DNA from: Leptolyngbyaceae cyanobacterium
GTDB lineage: Bacteria > Cyanobacteriota > Cyanobacteriia > Phormidesmidales > Phormidesmidaceae
NCBI GenBank assembly: GCA_965263355.1
Contig: CBDHHL010000032.1
Location: 2,752,001 to 2,816,000, forward strand
Length of the DNA: 64,000 bases
Reading direction: 5' to 3'
The position numbers and the translations under genes are program-made. How positions within the stretch are numbered: position 1 is the stretch's first letter; every line of letters starts with the position of its first letter. This document shows positions 60,050-64,000 of this stretch, in pieces. The notes beneath the pieces are model-generated. The model did no database searches, was not told the origin of the DNA, and was given only the letters and a program-made list of their open reading frames with translations.

Positions 60050-61111
60050 ATGGCCAATCCCCTGTCGCCCGATAATTATCGCCTGTTTTTGCAATCCCTA
60101 AAGGATCGCATTCGTTCGGCTCAAGTTAAGGCTGCTTTGGCCGTAAATCAGGAGCTAATCCTACTCTATTGGCAACTTGGCCGTGAAATTCTTGATCGTC
60201 AGCAGCAAGAGGGTTGGGGCTCCAAGGTCATTGATCGATTGGCCAAAGACCTCAAACGCGATTTTCCTGACATGACTGGCTTTTCAGCCCGCAATCTCAA
60301 GTATATGCGGGCCTTTGCCAATGCTTATCCCGATGCGCAGCAGGTGCAGCAGGTATTCTCGCAAATTCCCTGGGGACATAACGTACGCCTGCTAGATGCA
60401 CTTAAAGATCCGACAGAACGTCTATGGTATGCTCGCCAGACTATTGAGCACGGTTGGAGCCGAAATGTGATGCTCATGCAAATTGAGCAGGGTTTGCACA
60501 ACCAACAAAGTGCTGCAATCACCAATTTTGAGCGGACATTACCCCCCGATCAATCGGATCTAGCAAAAAATCTGATCAAAGATCCCTATAACTTTGATTT
60601 TCTAACCCTGGCAGCCGATGCCCAGGAGCGAGATCTGGAACAGTCTTTGTTATGCCACATTCGAGATTTTTTACTAGAGCTAGGGGTGGGCTTTGCTTTT
60701 GTGGGCAGCCAGTATCCCATTCAAGTGGGGAATAAGGAATATGCCATTGATTTACTGTTCTATCACCTGAAATTGCGCTGCTTTGTGGTGATTGACTTGA
60801 AATTGGGAGAATTTGAACCTGAATTTTCTGGCAAAATGAATTTCTTTGTCTCCGCCGTGGATGATCTGCTTCGTCATGCCGATGATCACCCCACCATTGG
60901 CATGATTTTGTGTAAGTCCAACGATGCAACAGTCGCAGAGTACTCCCTACGAGATGTCAATAAACCTATTGGTGTAGCCACTCATCGCCTGGGACGGGAA
61001 CTACCGGCGGATTTAAAGGGAACCTTGCCAACAGTTGAGGAATTAGAACAGCAGTTAGAAAACGCTCAGTTACCTGCAAAAACATCAGAGACCGCAGTTG
61101 AGCAACTGTAG
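60050..61111 (+). CDS. YhcG/DUF1016 nuclease-domain protein (second paralogue)
   Basis: GFSARNLKYMR, PWGH, KDPYNFDFL and IDLLFYHLKLRC motifs. Confidence 0.92.
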   Translation: MANPLSPDNYRLFLQSLKDRIRSAQVKAALAVNQELILLYWQLGREILDRQQQEGWGSKVIDRLAKDLKRDFPDMTGFSARNLKYMRAFANAYPDAQQVQQVFSQIPWGHNVRLLDALKDPTERLWYARQTIEHGWSRNVMLMQIEQGLHNQQSAAITNFERTLPPDQSDLAKNLIKDPYNFDFLTLAADAQERDLEQSLLCHIRDFLLELGVGFAFVGSQYPIQVGNKEYAIDLLFYHLKLRCFVVIDLKLGEFEPEFSGKMNFFVSAVDDLLRHADDHPTIGMILCKSNDATVAEYSLRDVNKPIGVATHRLGRELPADLKGTLPTVEELEQQLENAQLPAKTSETAVEQL

Positions 61112-61566
61112 TTTTCCAACAGGTATGAGCAATTTATAGCTGCTTTACAACCACTCCAAAAAGTTACTAATACACAGGGGTTGATAGTTAGGATGAATAC
61201 GGTTCAATGGTATCTGGGAATGGAGGATATCACCATAGATAAGATATGTCAGCATTATCCCTGCAAAAAATAGTTCATTTGCACTAGAAAAAATAATTCA
61301 TTTGTACTATTATTTGATTAATAGTACTTCTTGCTTCTAATTCTGGAACAGGACTTTCTTTGTTAAAGACAAACCGTTGAGTTAACTGTGGATTATTCCA
61401 TTTAAAGTTAGCTCGAATTCAACCCATCAACTTGATAAATCGTAATTATCAAGCCATGGCAGCGTTGCCGACTATTGGGAATTCCTAGGCAAACATGGGT
61501 TTCCTGAAGAGTTTAGGTGAGTATGTATGAAGAAAGCGTAAGTCTCTAGTCCCAGAGGAAGTCTAG

Positions 61567-62067
61567 ATGTTGCCATTTCCAGAATCCATTAGCATTGATG
61601 AACTTAGGAATATGCTTGAAACTTTACGCAAACAAGGTGATTACGACAATAGAGAAAGCTGTCAGGAGAAACTAACATCCATTCGTGAAGCAATGGAAAA
61701 AGAAACTCTTCAGATCGCTGAAGGGTTTCGCCTTTATGGTGAAACCCTTCACGAGTACTACTCTAAGTTTCCTCCCTTTCAAGGGAAAACCTTCGCACTT
61801 GATCTAGAAGACTTTATCGAGTTAATCGGCCATTCAGTTGTGATCGGCAACTACTTCTTAATTAGTCAATGGGGCGTTGACTATCCCCTACTAAGCAAAC
61901 AAACCGTACTCGCCCATGGAGATGATAGACTACCAAATTACATTAGCGCCTTTAAAAAAGCGATTAATGAAGATTGGGAAAAACATCAAAATGAAGACGA
62001 TTGGCCGAAGGAGTGCAAACAATACTGGGAGTATTTAATCAAGGAGTGGGAAGATAAACTCTCATAA
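61567..62067 (+). CDS. Hypothetical protein, possible phycobiliprotein/globin-like fold
   Basis: DLEDFIELIGHSVVIGN...QWG and ECKQYWEYLI echo allophycocyanin helices. Confidence 0.5.
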   Translation: MLPFPESISIDELRNMLETLRKQGDYDNRESCQEKLTSIREAMEKETLQIAEGFRLYGETLHEYYSKFPPFQGKTFALDLEDFIELIGHSVVIGNYFLISQWGVDYPLLSKQTVLAHGDDRLPNYISAFKKAINEDWEKHQNEDDWPKECKQYWEYLIKEWEDKLS

Positions 62068-62073
62068 CTCCCC

Positions 62074-62748
62074 TTAAGCTAACGTATCTGAGGAAATCGG
62101 CTCCGACTCTCTATTTTCGTCTAAATCTGTCTCAGAAAAACCATCTGCCATAGATGCCGCAGCCGATTTTTTAGTTTTAATCATCTGACCACCGCTCTTA
62201 ACCCGCTGGACTGCACTGTTAAACTCTCGCTTTTTAACACGTATATATTGACCAAGCTCTATCAGTTGATTTCGAGTGTTGTCTTCCTGGGTGTGCTTTT
62301 CTACAGTAGATAACTCATTTTCAATATGGTCCAAATAAGATCGGGCGCTTGTTATAGTATCGACCAGGCTTTTTTGAGATGCATTCACTTGCTCTACTAA
62401 AGTAGCTTTACTACCCTGTAGGCTCTCAATTTCGTCATCTCTTGCTTGAAGCTGATTTGTAGCTCTCTGACTGTCCTTAGTTTGTTTGGGAAGTACTGAA
62501 AAGGCTAGCCATAGTAAACTTACAGAAGTGGCAACAAATAATAAGACTTTGATGCCATCAGACAGCTTTGCAAATAGAAGCAGAATTAAAAAGGCAATAT
62601 AGATTAGTACTAAAGTAATCAATTGCGGACGTTGTTCTTCAGGAACTAAACTGGCTAAATTGCCAGTTGCGTTGAGCCATCCGCTAATACCCTCTTTTGT
62701 CTTTGGTGTATCGCTGGATTGATCCGACATAGATTTGGTCATGCACAT
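62074..62748 (-). CDS. Hypothetical two-TM plus coiled-coil protein
   Basis: Two hydrophobic helices followed by a heptad-rich tail. Confidence 0.65.
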   Translation of the reverse strand: MCMTKSMSDQSSDTPKTKEGISGWLNATGNLASLVPEEQRPQLITLVLIYIAFLILLLFAKLSDGIKVLLFVATSVSLLWLAFSVLPKQTKDSQRATNQLQARDDEIESLQGSKATLVEQVNASQKSLVDTITSARSYLDHIENELSTVEKHTQEDNTRNQLIELGQYIRVKKREFNSAVQRVKSGGQMIKTKKSAAASMADGFSETDLDENRESEPISSDTLA

Positions 62749-63159
62749 TATGGCTCTAATATATCATCGTTATTTAGTGTGAGAATGGAGCATCTGCATT
62801 AAACCGATTAAATATGAATGAGTAGCATAAGGTGTAACAAGGATTAGCGATGCCATTGCAGATACTGCATACCTATCAATAATTTTTCATCAACTCCTGT
62901 GAAGCTTTAGCACGTACCACAACTTGATATTACTGGCCCTTGTATTTATTGGCCCTTGTGTATAGTTAGAGAATTTTTGGTCGCTAAGCCTATAACCCTT
63001 ATAAATCAATAGACTGCAGGAATAAGCATAAATGCTAAGCAGTCAGGTGTTTCAGATTCGCTGAAAGACTGAAACCATTGAATTTTTCTATGCCCTCAAC
63101 TTAAAATCGCCCTTAGCGACCCAAATTTCTACATGTCTTAATAAAGGCTTTAGTACGAG

Positions 63160-63537
63160 TTACCCATTGATAGCTTCATCTAGGCTGATAGCACCAGCAC
63201 CGGTATAAATCACCATAAGCAGGCCACCGATCAGACCCAAATTTTTCAAAAAGGCATTGAGCTGTTCACCATCGGCTAAAAAGTTATGAAAAATCAGCGT
63301 TGCTGGCAGCAAAAAAATAATTAGCAGAAGCGCACCAATTTTGATTTTGTACCCCAGTAGTAGGGAAAGACCACCGGCTAGTTGAAATAGAATTGTGCCT
63401 GCAGCTAATAGACCACCCAGGAAAAGCCGTTGGCCAAGCATACCAGCAAATCCACCAAAGCCCATCAGGTGAGTAATACCAGCTTTGAGAAAAATGAGGG
63501 CTAAACAGATACGGGCAGCAAGGGGTAGATACTTCAT
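63160..63537 (-). CDS. DoxX-family membrane protein
   Basis: RICLALIFL, FH.F, FLKNLGLIGGLL and GAGAISLD motifs. Confidence 0.88.
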   Translation of the reverse strand: MKYLPLAARICLALIFLKAGITHLMGFGGFAGMLGQRLFLGGLLAAGTILFQLAGGLSLLLGYKIKIGALLLIIFLLPATLIFHNFLADGEQLNAFLKNLGLIGGLLMVIYTGAGAISLDEAING

Positions 63538-63755
63538 AGGTCAGACTGAGTAGCGTCGTATTCTTTGGGAACTAAATATAAAAACAGGTACCACCACACC
63601 AAAATCACGAATGTAGCGGGTGTGGTAATCCACCAGCGATGTAGCCATATCCAGCTCACAGTAGGAACAGCCATCCCAGTTAAAACAATGGACCATGGCT
63701 GACACCACCAAGGTTTTAAGTCCCACATAGATTGTGATTGCTTGGATGGTTCCAT
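63534..63755 (-). CDS. Small cyanobacterial membrane protein (DUF6737-like)
   Basis: W..KPWWCQPWSI.LTG motif. Confidence 0.75.
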   Translation of the reverse strand: MEPSKQSQSMWDLKPWWCQPWSIVLTGMAVPTVSWIWLHRWWITTPATFVILVWWYLFLYLVPKEYDATQSDL

Positions 63756-64000
63756 GAATAGATCGCCTTAATACATCACCTATGCTTAGGGTAGCTTGCG
63801 CCGTTTACATCCATAAAAAAAAAGCGGTTGAAGCAACTACTGCTGCCTCGCCCGCTCCTTGTTAACCCACCCCAGGAGCTGCTCACTAAACGTAAACAGC
63901 CCCGGTTCTGAAATTGCCAGCATCAACAGACACTAGCAAAGCCTAAGGAGTTCATCGGCAAGCAACTTAGCAATGTGATGATGTGCTTAGAAACTGCCCT

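Noticed and set aside
1..64000. Integron integrase, tRNA/rRNA genes, and the many short antisense or nested ORFs in the track
   Set aside because: No tyrosine-recombinase motifs or structural RNA genes recognised; the shadow ORFs overlap well-supported genes and lack motifs

Overview
Cyanobacterial chromosome segment (frequent HIP1 GCGATCGC octamers, Uma2 genes, cyanobacterial REP/MITE-like hairpins). The first ~24 kb is a decaying accessory region. It holds two broken type I R-M loci, ISL3- and ISAzo13-like elements, a SET-domain/formyltransferase pair, a binding-protein/degenerate chemoreceptor pair, pterin genes, VapBC and a putative Zur-regulated thrS paralogue operon. It is punctuated by four integron attC-like palindromes, with a degenerate fifth at 37.4 kb and no integrase in the window. 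At 24-40.6 kb is an orphan biosynthetic cluster: keto-acid-type A domain/PKS, AT-less terminal KS, SRPBCC, KDSR-like SDR, and HphA/HphCD-like chain-elongation enzymes. The remainder has a serralysin-like M10 protease followed by a TIMP-like protein, CHAT-TPR, argS, a collagen-like protein, a large surface protein (putative thioester domain, SdrD-B repeats, FrpC-like self-processing module), a second YhcG nuclease and a possible phycobiliprotein-fold orphan. Best candidates for novelty: the protease-TIMP pair, the dispersed attC cassette system with non-canonical cores and a reused target site, and the thioester/self-processing surface protein. All family calls rest on motif recognition by eye; no searches were run.
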